A stretch of 64,000 bases of DNA, from contig JAQOWU010000008.1 in assembly GCA_030867685.1 (NCBI GenBank), positions 1,426,001-1,490,000 of the forward strand, given 5' to 3'. The position numbers and the translations under genes were made by a program. Source of the DNA: Wickerhamiella versatilis. Taxonomy: Eukaryota. Positions 32,132 to 42,585 of the stretch are shown piece by piece. The notes under the pieces were generated by a model. It was given only the letters and a program-made list of their open reading frames with translations. It was not told where the DNA came from and ran no database searches. Positions within the stretch are counted from its first letter, which is position 1. The number at the start of each line of letters is the position of its first letter.

Positions 32132-33508
32132 ATGAAGCGTTCCCGTCAAGATGAGGTTGATCCTGCTCCTCCAGGTCAGCTATTTTACCATTTGAAGGAT
32201 GACAAGGAGGTTTTTGACTTAGTAGAAGCAGAAGCTCACCGACAAGCACATTGGCTGAATCTAATTGCCTCCGAAAATTACGCACCTCTAGCTGTATTAG
32301 AAGCTGAAGGATCGATAATGATGAACAAGTACTCAGAGGGATACCCCGGTATCCGTCATTATGGAGGAAATGCTATAATTGATATGATGGAACTCTTGTG
32401 CCAAAAACGAGCATTAGAATTATTTCACCTTTCTCCAGATGATTGGTGCGTGAATGTGCAAACATTAGCAGGTACTTATGCGAATGCACAGGTTTATCAC
32501 GCGTTGATGCGACCACATGACCGTCTTATGGGACTTAGCTTAAAGCACGGGGGGCATATGTCATTTGGTTACCAGACCGAGAAACTCAAGGTCAGTGCTA
32601 TAAGTGAGTATTACGATACTCTACCGTATGAAATTGACTTGGAAAGTGGGAGGATCGACTATGACGATTTAGAGAGATTTGCCACACGTTTCAGGCCCAA
32701 GGTAATCGTTGCAGGGGCCTCAAGCTATTGCCGCTTGATCAATTACAAGCGCCTCAAAGAAATTTGCATAAATGTTGGAGCATATTTGGTTGTGGATATG
32801 GCACATATCGCTGGCCAAGTTTCTGCAGGCTTATTACCGTCACCTTTCGAAACAGCCGACGTCGTAACCTGTGCTACACAAAAAACACTTAGAGGGCCAC
32901 GTGCCGCTATGATCTTTTGTCAAAAAAATCTGGAAGCCTCTATAAATTTTTCAGTCTTTCCTTCGTCCCAAGGCGGTCCTCATAATCATACTATAGCTGC
33001 GTTGACCGTGGCATTGGGACTTGCCAACACGCAAGAATTTCGTGATTATCAAAAACAGTTAATGAAAAATGCAGCAGCGCTTGAGGATGCATTGCTAGAA
33101 CGTGGATTTTCCCTCGTTAGTGGAGGTACAGACATTCACATGCTCGTCGTCTCCCTGACAGACAAAGGCGTCGATGGTTCTCGGGTTAGCGCAGCTTGCG
33201 ATCGTAGTCATATCGCCATCAGCGCTACGGCTGTTCCTGGTGATAAATGGAATTTACCTCGGGCAGTACGTATTGGTACCACACCAATGACCACCAGGGG
33301 TTTCAAGGAACAGGACTTTGTGCGGGTTGCGGAACTGATCAGTAGAATAATTCGTATATCTGTGCAAGTCCAAGGCGCGTTGCCTAATCATGCAAATAAA
33401 TTGCGCGACTTCAAAGCTGCACTCAGTGCGAGGCCAGAATTCGACGAAATCATCCGTGAGATATCCGAATGGACGGGACCTCTACCCCTTCCTGGAAAAG
33501 AAATATGA
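32132..33508 (+). CDS. Divergent serine hydroxymethyltransferase-family PLP enzyme (Shm2-like paralog)
   Basis: LIASENY, NKYSEGYPG, DMAHIAG, KTLRGPR and QGGPHNHTI are present, but several signature motifs are altered. First in-frame ATG at 32132. Confidence 0.9.
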   Translation: MKRSRQDEVDPAPPGQLFYHLKDDKEVFDLVEAEAHRQAHWLNLIASENYAPLAVLEAEGSIMMNKYSEGYPGIRHYGGNAIIDMMELLCQKRALELFHLSPDDWCVNVQTLAGTYANAQVYHALMRPHDRLMGLSLKHGGHMSFGYQTEKLKVSAISEYYDTLPYEIDLESGRIDYDDLERFATRFRPKVIVAGASSYCRLINYKRLKEICINVGAYLVVDMAHIAGQVSAGLLPSPFETADVVTCATQKTLRGPRAAMIFCQKNLEASINFSVFPSSQGGPHNHTIAALTVALGLANTQEFRDYQKQLMKNAAALEDALLERGFSLVSGGTDIHMLVVSLTDKGVDGSRVSAACDRSHIAISATAVPGDKWNLPRAVRIGTTPMTTRGFKEQDFVRVAELISRIIRISVQVQGALPNHANKLRDFKAALSARPEFDEIIREISEWTGPLPLPGKEI

Positions 33509-33653
33509 ATTTTTATTTGAAATTTGCGTCATAATGCTAACAAGTCAGCAAGCCCTCTATAATCCAGCCTAAAAATTACACAAAATTCAGCCAGACAAAA
33601 TAATTCCAAAAATGATTGTCTTTATTCCTACACTAGAGAGATCCATACAATAA

Positions 33654-36600
33654 CTAATTCATTTGTTCGATAGATAGATTTGCTGTAGTCCCTCCACCAA
33701 AGGAGGCCGTCTTCTCGCCATTACTCAACTCCACCGAGCTTTGACCAATATCAGAGTGCCGACCCAATGACTTTATAGACAAAAGCTTTAGACCAAGTGT
33801 CGACTCAGGTAAAGCCTTGACTTCAAAAGTTTCACCAACTTCAACCTCACCTTCCTCTAACTTCAATGACTTGGATTTAAATACTTCTTTCTCTTTTTTG
33901 CCAAGAGTAAAGCATCTAATTTGAACTGTCTCACCCTTCGAAACACCCTGTATATTTTCTACAGAGATGAGATATTTCTTCGTGTTCGCATCTTCGTCAG
34001 TGCTGGCTAAAGATGCCTTGTCAGAGCCACCGAATTTCTTGAATAATGATCCACCATGGCCAACCACGGCGCCAGCGGCACCACCAGCTACCCCAGCACC
34101 AGCACCAGCTGCACCAAGAGCCATTTTTCCACCACCCATTGCCAATTTACCTGCGCCACCTGCGACCTTCTGCACTGATTCCAGTCCTATGATGTCCTCG
34201 CCCTTCTTCTTTTGTAGGAATCCTGGTGCAAATCGCATCCGCAAGTAAAGAACACCACCAACCTCCTTCTCATGTTTGACCTCCTTATTTGGCTTCAGGT
34301 TCAAAAGATTCACAGCATAATCTTTCCATTCCAAAGGTTCAAGTTCCGAAATATTGAATTTGTGACCACCAAGCAAATCATCTGGGTTACCCATATCCCA
34401 GTCATAAACCATTGCCTTGAAAAAGGTATTATGTGCATCAGCAATATCAAATGAAAATCTTTCATTCCACTCTGGATTCAAAGTTTCCTTCTTCACCTCC
34501 GAGGAATAAATACGGTCATCGTCATTGTTGACGTATATTCTCACATATGGATCCGAAAGCCCTGAACGATCCGCAGCCGGAACATTCTCCGCGCGCAATA
34601 ACTCCACTTCAACCGTACCGGTGTTCGTCATGTCCTCATCCTGGTCAACGACGAGGTCTGGCAACGGGAACATCCTACACTGGACTTCTAACGTGCTATT
34701 TCCGATCTTGTAAGATTGAGGCTTCGTGAATGCTTCACGCATCATCTCGAAACAGCCAACAATCTTCTCACTGATCGGTGCACTTCCATCATCACTTTCG
34801 CATAGGATAAACCTCAGATTGCTAAAGTTCAACTGACCGGAAACGAAATCACCAGAGTCACCTTCAACCTCGACACGACGTCCTCTGGCCGGGGGACTAA
34901 CATATATAGGTAGTTCAATGTTATTGGCCAAAACAACAAGTCGACAACCGATAGGAACATTAGAAAGTGACAAGAACGAAACAGCGAAAACGCCACTATT
35001 GAATTCAAGCTGCTTCTCGACCGGCATGTCAATACCCGCAAGTGCCAAACGATTCTCGCGCAATTCCAGTTCATTCCTCTTATTCTCATCAAGCTTCTTA
35101 CCGTCGACGGCCTCCTTGCGAATGCGGTCAATTTCGACCTTCTCACGACACATACGATCTCTTTCATCAGGAGATGCTACAGGGATATTCGGATAGAACT
35201 CCATAGTGTAGGTGAGATTACCTTTAGGACCCCTACCAGGCATCACAAGCTTGTTCGTAAAGTGCTTGTCACTAATAAACACCTTATAGTTTCCTTCCTC
35301 ATTCTTTTGAATGATGGAAGACAAATCAACTTTGAAAGCACCAAGAGACCTATCTTTACCGCGTCTCTCAACATCCATTACTTCAAACGTAACATCTTGC
35401 AATTCATTCTGCACAGGAATGTACTTAATTTCGTTCCACTGAGGAGAAAGCTCACCCTTGAAAAATTCGGTACGAGCAACCTCTCTACGCCCAAGCAATA
35501 CCTTGCAATATGGATCAACCTTTCCAACATGTTCCAAATTGCGGAGATCGTCTGCAGATACTATGCGCAACCTCAGAACACCGATGGGCTCAATGTATGA
35601 ATCCACAGTAGATCCTAGAACCGTGGCGGGCTTCCACTGCGTTTCAATGTTTATCTCACCAGCGCCATTCTCTAGCTCGAACCAGTTGATTCCCTTCTCG
35701 TTGTCCACGAGCAGTTTCATCAATCGAGTCTTATATATTCCAACAACGGGCGAATTTCCTTTACGATTATCACGGATGCGGAATACCACTTGTGCTGTGA
35801 TTTTATTGGAAAATATATGTTCTTTACCATAGCCCCACTCAGGGTCATTAGTGCCCTTCGTCAACTTGGTAGAATCCAATAGCTCACCATCCACTTCAAT
35901 TTCACAATATGGACTTAACTTCGCAACCTTAGACTTCTTTGGGTCCAGACTTCTAGCCGATATGACACGAAGGCCTAAGATTCCAGACTTCGAATCACCA
36001 GAAGATTCACTCTCATCGCCATCTTCAGAGGTGGCCATTTGAACCGGAGAAAATTTCGCGAATAATTCAAGTTTTCCAGAAGGTCTCCCTCCACTGATGA
36101 TAGTTTGGGTGACAGCATCGGGAGAGAGCTTATCCACACGTTGTGCAGTTGATCCAATACTGCGATCAAACGCGCTTTCCTGGAAATCCATAACTTCTAC
36201 GATCACAGACTCAGACAGATTGGTAATGATAGCATGCAGATATTCATTCCACACAGGTTCATTCGTATTTTGCTTGATCTTCGTGCGACAGAGTTCCTTC
36301 TTGTCCTTATTGAGCAACCTAACATAAGCATCCACTCGGCCATCTGCGTCAATTTTCAGGTTATGCGCACGGTTAATCCGAACGGAAAGAACACCAACGC
36401 CACTCATGACACCAACACCAGCCATGAGCTGTTCAACGTTAACCTGGAAGGCATTAGGCGAATAAAACATCGGCCCAAGATTTGCATCCACCATCTCCTT
36501 GATGAACTTCGATAATCCTGGGATAATGTTGATATCAAACCCGAGCTTTTCACCGCCAATTGGTTTAAGAACAAAATCGATCTGAGGAGGCTCCAAAAAC

Positions 36601-38444
36601 GAAAAATCTACTGTCTGGATATGAGGGAATTTGTCCATCATCTTAATTCGTAGGCGCATATTTCCGACAAAGCTCATGTCCTCGACCAAAATTGGCATAT
36701 TCTTTGTCAAAGGACCTTTTCCAAATCGAACACCAAGTTGGACCTTAGGATTTACCTTAGTCTCCAGCTGTCGCGACGTCAAATCCTGGGTATCGTTGGG
36801 CGTGAAACTGGCTCCTACATCAATGACTGCAACAGTTGGGTCTGTCTTAGGAAAGCTTCTCATAAAGTCAATGCGGGGAGCCTTGGTGCCTAGGGTGAAT
36901 TTATCAAGCTTCAATGAATCTATGAAGCCTGGCGTCTGGTCAGCAAGTACATCATTTGCGATATCCGTGATCATAGCACTCAAAGAGGGTTCATAGATTA
37001 GCCAGAACTTCACCATAAACGAGTTCAACCATTCCATGGTTTCTGCATCATTCTCAAGGTCCCTGACAGATTGATCGCGTACCAAATCATCGCGGAGATT
37101 ACGACGAAGGCGGCGAATAGAGGTGCGATAAGCAGTCGCTGAGAAGAGCAGCACAATTGACAACCATGATACACTGAATCCAAAGTGTCCAAGAAGCCAT
37201 GCAGCAGTGGCTGTGCCAATAACGAGTATGGTATTTTGGTACCAATCTCCGATATACTTATCACTCACATAATGCTCAAGCAAAGTGGATCGCTGCAGCA
37301 TGTCCTCTGCCTCTTCCTCCGTGGAAGCCCCCTTATCGTTATCCCAGCCACCAATTTGCCGCCAACCAGTGAATTCGGCCTGCAACTTGCGCTGACGCGA
37401 TAGCGCCTGCTTGCGAGTTCCATACTTTTTCTCCACGACCTTAGCATCTAAGTTGGGAGTGACTTCAGGCTTCTTTGCAGTTTTACCCTTCTTCTTAATC
37501 TGTCCTGGGAACCCAGGATCACCCTTACCTACTTCCAATCCAGGAACCTGACCAGATTCAAGCTGGCGGTGGTACTCCTCTGGCTGCTCTTCTTCTTCAT
37601 CATCATCTGCCTTTTTACCATCTGTGACAGGCAAAGGTGTTGTGGCAATTCTGTCGACCCCACCACCAAAGAAAGCAGCTGTAGCATCTTGCTCAGAGGC
37701 TCCTGCAGATTTGCCAGTAGAGCCCTCTGTACCAGAGGTTGCTGTGGCTCCCGCTGGGGCTCCTGCTGTCGCTGCTGCAGATTTTGTATCCGATGCTGCG
37801 TCGTTTAAAGTTTCACTAGCATCCTTAAACGTTTCACCTGAGTCTTGCAAACTGGACTGAACTCCAGCATAAAATTGACGAGGGTTGGACGCTACATTGC
37901 CGGGCGACTGAACTTGTTGCACCGAGCGAGGTTCTTCATTAATATGGGCTATGACGCATTTACTCCTTTCTTCTTGAATCGATGAAGTCGCGAAGATCGT
38001 TTCCGTGTCCGCAATTCTAAGGTGCTTCGGGGACGATGCTGAACTCTTGCTACCACTCAAAGAGCTATGAGGCTGTTTACCACCGCGGCCAGAAGCTCCA
38101 GAACCACTTAAGGATGGCAGATTCAGCCTTTTCCCATGGCTGCTGCGAAAACTCATACGTCCAGTATCAGTGCTCTTGCGACCACCTGCTGTAGCACCAG
38201 CATTAACAGCTTTGTTATCAGCTCTGTCTGCAACAGGAACAGAAGTTCCAGCGGCGCGATCAGAAGATGACGGCCCTGGGGCTTCTTCCTCATTAGCAAC
38301 AGCCGTGTGGGGTCGCAACTTATCCCCCGCATTCCTCAGCACATCCTCAGGATCTTTGTTAGCGAATGATTCTGCTGCTTCTTTTTCTTTCAGAGCGTCT
38401 ATTTTGGGGTCAGATATACCTTTTCCAGCTGGTTTTTCTGGCAT
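33654..38444 (-). CDS. Tricalbin (ER-PM tether; TM hairpin, SMP and multiple C2 domains)
   Basis: Disordered N-terminus, hydrophobic hairpin, SMP start ETMEWLNSFM, FTLGTKAPRI, several C2 domains (ADRSGLSDPYV...KETLNPEWNE). Confidence 0.93.
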   Translation of the reverse strand: MPEKPAGKGISDPKIDALKEKEAAESFANKDPEDVLRNAGDKLRPHTAVANEEEAPGPSSSDRAAGTSVPVADRADNKAVNAGATAGGRKSTDTGRMSFRSSHGKRLNLPSLSGSGASGRGGKQPHSSLSGSKSSASSPKHLRIADTETIFATSSIQEERSKCVIAHINEEPRSVQQVQSPGNVASNPRQFYAGVQSSLQDSGETFKDASETLNDAASDTKSAAATAGAPAGATATSGTEGSTGKSAGASEQDATAAFFGGGVDRIATTPLPVTDGKKADDDEEEEQPEEYHRQLESGQVPGLEVGKGDPGFPGQIKKKGKTAKKPEVTPNLDAKVVEKKYGTRKQALSRQRKLQAEFTGWRQIGGWDNDKGASTEEEAEDMLQRSTLLEHYVSDKYIGDWYQNTILVIGTATAAWLLGHFGFSVSWLSIVLLFSATAYRTSIRRLRRNLRDDLVRDQSVRDLENDAETMEWLNSFMVKFWLIYEPSLSAMITDIANDVLADQTPGFIDSLKLDKFTLGTKAPRIDFMRSFPKTDPTVAVIDVGASFTPNDTQDLTSRQLETKVNPKVQLGVRFGKGPLTKNMPILVEDMSFVGNMRLRIKMMDKFPHIQTVDFSFLEPPQIDFVLKPIGGEKLGFDINIIPGLSKFIKEMVDANLGPMFYSPNAFQVNVEQLMAGVGVMSGVGVLSVRINRAHNLKIDADGRVDAYVRLLNKDKKELCRTKIKQNTNEPVWNEYLHAIITNLSESVIVEVMDFQESAFDRSIGSTAQRVDKLSPDAVTQTIISGGRPSGKLELFAKFSPVQMATSEDGDESESSGDSKSGILGLRVISARSLDPKKSKVAKLSPYCEIEVDGELLDSTKLTKGTNDPEWGYGKEHIFSNKITAQVVFRIRDNRKGNSPVVGIYKTRLMKLLVDNEKGINWFELENGAGEINIETQWKPATVLGSTVDSYIEPIGVLRLRIVSADDLRNLEHVGKVDPYCKVLLGRREVARTEFFKGELSPQWNEIKYIPVQNELQDVTFEVMDVERRGKDRSLGAFKVDLSSIIQKNEEGNYKVFISDKHFTNKLVMPGRGPKGNLTYTMEFYPNIPVASPDERDRMCREKVEIDRIRKEAVDGKKLDENKRNELELRENRLALAGIDMPVEKQLEFNSGVFAVSFLSLSNVPIGCRLVVLANNIELPIYVSPPARGRRVEVEGDSGDFVSGQLNFSNLRFILCESDDGSAPISEKIVGCFEMMREAFTKPQSYKIGNSTLEVQCRMFPLPDLVVDQDEDMTNTGTVEVELLRAENVPAADRSGLSDPYVRIYVNNDDDRIYSSEVKKETLNPEWNERFSFDIADAHNTFFKAMVYDWDMGNPDDLLGGHKFNISELEPLEWKDYAVNLLNLKPNKEVKHEKEVGGVLYLRMRFAPGFLQKKKGEDIIGLESVQKVAGGAGKLAMGGGKMALGAAGAGAGVAGGAAGAVVGHGGSLFKKFGGSDKASLASTDEDANTKKYLISVENIQGVSKGETVQIRCFTLGKKEKEVFKSKSLKLEEGEVEVGETFEVKALPESTLGLKLLSIKSLGRHSDIGQSSVELSNGEKTASFGGGTTANLSIEQMN

Positions 38445-38929
38445 TCCCCTTAATCTTTCTTGCTACTCCTCCGATTACAAAGAGGTTAAGTGGAATGTAC
38501 CTATTAAGCACATTACAAATATGGTTGCATGACGCAAGTGTTCTCGCCTGAGAAGTCCTGAATTTACTAGATGAGAATTTAAAACTGATTCTTTGAAATT
38601 TATTTTATCGCGTGTATTTTACTCGTTATACAAATATCATCGTCCTGCAAGTAAAGATCTTATCATAAACCCAGGGATGCACAGGTGATTATTGGCTTGC
38701 TATCTAAGCCTCTTATGTCTGAAACTTGATCTTCGTGTACGTTGGGAATTGAACAGGATTAAATAGGATCAGTTCTCTATTTGGAGTATCGAAGTGAACC
38801 TAAAAACCATACAAAGACATTATTTAAATTTCTGATACAAAAAATGTTCACACTATTTAACGTAGAATCGAAGCAATCGCTTTCCACTTCATTTAGAAGG
38901 TCAAAAGAAATTAGGAGAAATATCTATCA

Positions 38930-39412
38930 TCACAAATCTACTTTTCTGTTCTCACCACAAAGTTCTCGTAAATGCTGGCGTTTTTCTGGCGGCATAGGTA
39001 AGGTTTCCATTAAGGATTCTGTTAGCAAGCCATCCAGGTAATGTTGTGTTGAATTTTCGTCAAAATCAGAGTCAGTGTCAACTGTTTCGTTAAAATCGAA
39101 CGTCATATCAGGTGGGTTCGAACCTGGAGTTAAAGCATTTCCACTACTAGGCTGCTCAGAAGCATCCATGTCCATGACATGCTCCTTGCTAGACCCGAAG
39201 TCGTAAAATGGTGTGCTTTTGGGTCCGCTTGACGCGTCGTCACACTCGTGACTCGCTGAATCTATGTGGTTTTGCCCAGGGAAATCTGATGGGTTTAGTG
39301 ACTCACTTGCAAAGTTCAATCTTTCGGGAGTAATCGGATGTATATTGCCATGTTTTGGAGGCTGAAGGGGTGTATAGCTCGGGCTGCTGCTTGGAACTTC
39401 CCCAGACGGCAT
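38930..39412 (-). CDS. Hypothetical acidic, Ser/Pro-rich protein (~160 aa)
   Basis: ATG at 39412 avoids overlap with NEO1; the ORF fills the gap; low-complexity sequence with a short C-terminal helical segment; no family recognised. Confidence 0.55.
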   Translation of the reverse strand: MPSGEVPSSSPSYTPLQPPKHGNIHPITPERLNFASESLNPSDFPGQNHIDSASHECDDASSGPKSTPFYDFGSSKEHVMDMDASEQPSSGNALTPGSNPPDMTFDFNETVDTDSDFDENSTQHYLDGLLTESLMETLPMPPEKRQHLRELCGENRKVDL

Positions 39413-39518
39413 TCTGCCGACTAGTTGCCAGCTATTAGTAATAAAATGAGATTTATGTGATGAATTAACCGTGCTATATTTATATGAGAACCATAGGCTA
39501 GTAAATCGTAAAATGAGG

Positions 39519-42506
39519 CTAAACTTGGACTTTAGCATAACTCGGAGGTTTGATCTTTCGGTTAATTGCCTTAGCAAAGAATGGTGGCAGGACTGCAACT
39601 GCCGTAATAGCGGCTGTTTTCCAATAGAAGGACAAATCTTTTAGAGTGCTGAGATCAAAATAATCGCCTAGGAAGGGAACGCTGGCAATAAAAACTCCTG
39701 CAGTAACTAGGAGAGATACCAACATAATGATATTCCAGGTACGAATCTCAATTGCTACCATGCTCAATTCTGTAGCGATTAATGCACTGAAGGATACCAT
39801 TACCATAAGCTTGGATAGGACCTCTGTAAGGCCAACAAATAATTGACTTAACCCCTGAACAACACAACCTTGATAAAGAGAAACCAGGAACCACGCAGCA
39901 AATGATCTGTATGATAATGATCTCCCAGTTTTAAGCTCCTGGTATAATTCGGGATACATGTGAGCCACCCGCTCGTCTACATCAAAATCAGTAACAAGTG
40001 CAAATACGGGGGCCATTGTATAAATGGTCGCGTATCCTACCATCAACCATCCTTGGTACAAAGCTAGGGGCTCAAAATGAGATGAAATGCTATAAACAGC
40101 TTGAGCCACTGATATCAGTAGACCTCGGTGGATTATTACCTGGGAGAGTTTTGCTGAGCGCTTGTATGAGTTCCTTCCGTGCCAAAGAAGAAGCCGGGTG
40201 AGATGGCAAAACTGCGTTACACTGAAGTCAGCAGCTAAAGATGCCTGTCGTCCTTCCTTACCAACTATACCAACCCCCACATCCGCTGCCTGGATCATCG
40301 AAACGTCGTTTCCACCATCACCTATTCCGCATACACGCTTTTTGGCAGTTGTTTTTACTATTTTTGTCAAATCAGCCTTTTGCTGAGGGGTACAGCGACA
40401 AGCGACAACAACGGGAAGTTTGAGAGCAATCTCTGCGAATTGCGCTTTAAGATTGTCCAAAAAGAAAGCTAACGATCCACCATCAACTAGCAGACAGGAT
40501 TCAGGAACCTGAGATAAGAAGTCTAGGTGCTGATGGGCAGCGGTGATACTAGAGAGTCCTTGCACAGTATGAATGAATTGGCCACGACTCACTAATCGTG
40601 CGCTGACCGCAACGCACCGAGCTGTTTCAACTTTATCCCCAGTAAGCATCCAAACGCGGACACCAGCGTGTCGTAGAAGTTCTAAGCTGGGCTTAACGTC
40701 ACGCTGTAATTTGTCTTCCACCCCTGTTATTCCTAGAACTTCCAGGTCATGCTCCAGTTGTCGAGCAACAACTTGAGAAAGTGCCTGGTCTCTACCATGC
40801 ATTAGAAGGCCTGCTTTAGAGTATTCATCTGAGAAACTATCGAGCTCAGCAGGTTCAAGTTTCTTTCGTGCTACAACCAAGGTGCGCAATCCCTCTCGAG
40901 CCATATTACCCACCTCCTCATCAAGCCACTCTGTGGGGGTGACTAGTTGGCCCATGACAGTATCTGCCCCTTTACAATAAAACCATACTTCTTTACTTTC
41001 TTGAGAACGAACGATTATTCCCATTCTTTTCGAATCTGAATTAAATGGAAAAAGATAAAGGATCTCATAAGTCACTTCTTTACCAGTGGCTTTGTGACTT
41101 AATGTCATTGACATCCGATCCCTTTGAATCAGTTCAATACCCATTTGTGCTGTCCAAGCAACAATTGCTATCTCATCAGGAGACACCGCCTGGAATCCTC
41201 CTTCGTCCGTTGGTGTTACCGAATGACAAACGGCTAAACATGTAACTAAGTTCCACACGCGCTGTGCAGATTCTCGCTTAGACTTCCTTCCCTGCGTGAG
41301 TCCGGCGACTCCTTCAGCTACAATTGTGGCGACGTCCTCCATAGAGTCACCATAGAAAGCCATTTGTCCAATGTGTATTTTCTTCAGGTCCATATCGTTC
41401 TGCGTAATAGTACCTGTTTTATCCGTCAAAAGGTAATCTATCCTTCCAAGATCCTCTGGGATTGTCGATGTGCGAACTATAGTGTCCGGAATGGCCTTAT
41501 CATGTTCGATTTGATGAGCATATACTGTCTTAGCCATATCCAAGTTTACACGAAGCGAAACAGGGATGATAGTGCTGAAAAGGATAAGAAACCGCATCAA
41601 ATCCACATACCAATATTTGCCGAATCCATTAGCTGCCACCAATACAAAACTCAATCCAAAGACTGCCACACAGAGGATCTTGGATATGCTGTTTACTTCT
41701 AATTCAAGTAGGCCCACCTTGTTTCGTGAAGGCGATAGGTTCATGGCCATGCGAGTCTCTATACCAGTGTAAGCCACTATTCCTTCAACGGTTCCAGCGG
41801 CAACAACTGTATTGGCCCACATGGTATTATCCACAGACAAGGCAGCGGATACACCGTTGTTCTCTATAGTACCAACAAAATGGTGAAGTGACTTATCCGG
41901 TGGGGAAACCTCTAGCTCCAGGTCCTCCCATACTCCACTTTGTTGGGTGAGGGGGCATGCCTGACGAAGCTTCCAGTCCGTTTCACCATCAAGTTGGTCC
42001 GTTCGTATGAAACTTTCTCCTGAGGCTTCACTTGACTTGAGCACAACCACATCAGCTGGTACTCTCTCATTCGTATGGAGCACAACTATGTCGCCTACTC
42101 TCAAGTCCTGGGACTTTGCTTTGCCACCACCTTTAAGTTCATAGATTTCAGAGTTGGCCTCAGCATCCCTTCGGCGTCGTTGAATATCATCCCATGCCTC
42201 CTTTGCCATAGTTACACTGAGAACGAAGGCAAGTGGGACAATATAAGAGCTGAGGTATCCAATGCGTAAAGCAGGCCATGCCTGGCTTAATGCAACAATA
42301 AGGAAATAAAGGTTGAAGAAAAACTTAAACTGCTCGTATAATATGATAGGCACGAACGTCACTGCATTATATTTGGCATTAGATATAGCATTTGATGGAA
42401 ACTTATATCCACTTTGGCGCTGTGTATCTGGGCCGAATCGACGAACACGACCTGAGCTTGTGGGGGACAAAGGCATTGTCATTAATGGAATTCCCTGATC
42501 GCCCAT
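39519..42506 (-). CDS. NEO1: P4-ATPase phospholipid flippase Neo1
   Basis: NAISNAKYN, DQLDGETDWKLR, IIPVSLRVNLD, phosphorylation motif DKTGT, GDGGNDVSMIQ, C-terminal PPSYAKV. Likely ATG at 42506. Confidence 0.95.
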   Translation of the reverse strand: MGDQGIPLMTMPLSPTSSGRVRRFGPDTQRQSGYKFPSNAISNAKYNAVTFVPIILYEQFKFFFNLYFLIVALSQAWPALRIGYLSSYIVPLAFVLSVTMAKEAWDDIQRRRRDAEANSEIYELKGGGKAKSQDLRVGDIVVLHTNERVPADVVVLKSSEASGESFIRTDQLDGETDWKLRQACPLTQQSGVWEDLELEVSPPDKSLHHFVGTIENNGVSAALSVDNTMWANTVVAAGTVEGIVAYTGIETRMAMNLSPSRNKVGLLELEVNSISKILCVAVFGLSFVLVAANGFGKYWYVDLMRFLILFSTIIPVSLRVNLDMAKTVYAHQIEHDKAIPDTIVRTSTIPEDLGRIDYLLTDKTGTITQNDMDLKKIHIGQMAFYGDSMEDVATIVAEGVAGLTQGRKSKRESAQRVWNLVTCLAVCHSVTPTDEGGFQAVSPDEIAIVAWTAQMGIELIQRDRMSMTLSHKATGKEVTYEILYLFPFNSDSKRMGIIVRSQESKEVWFYCKGADTVMGQLVTPTEWLDEEVGNMAREGLRTLVVARKKLEPAELDSFSDEYSKAGLLMHGRDQALSQVVARQLEHDLEVLGITGVEDKLQRDVKPSLELLRHAGVRVWMLTGDKVETARCVAVSARLVSRGQFIHTVQGLSSITAAHQHLDFLSQVPESCLLVDGGSLAFFLDNLKAQFAEIALKLPVVVACRCTPQQKADLTKIVKTTAKKRVCGIGDGGNDVSMIQAADVGVGIVGKEGRQASLAADFSVTQFCHLTRLLLWHGRNSYKRSAKLSQVIIHRGLLISVAQAVYSISSHFEPLALYQGWLMVGYATIYTMAPVFALVTDFDVDERVAHMYPELYQELKTGRSLSYRSFAAWFLVSLYQGCVVQGLSQLFVGLTEVLSKLMVMVSFSALIATELSMVAIEIRTWNIIMLVSLLVTAGVFIASVPFLGDYFDLSTLKDLSFYWKTAAITAVAVLPPFFAKAINRKIKPPSYAKVQV

Positions 42507-42585
42507 CCGAGCTTCCCTTACCTTACGCCAAACCGCCTTCACGAGTGCACCTGTCACTCTGAATATGATTTGTAATCCTGTCAAT

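Noticed and set aside
39413-39598. N-terminal extension of the 222-aa ORF overlapping the NEO1 3' end
   Set aside because: Non-ATG start overlapping a conserved CDS; ATG 39412 is more parsimonious.
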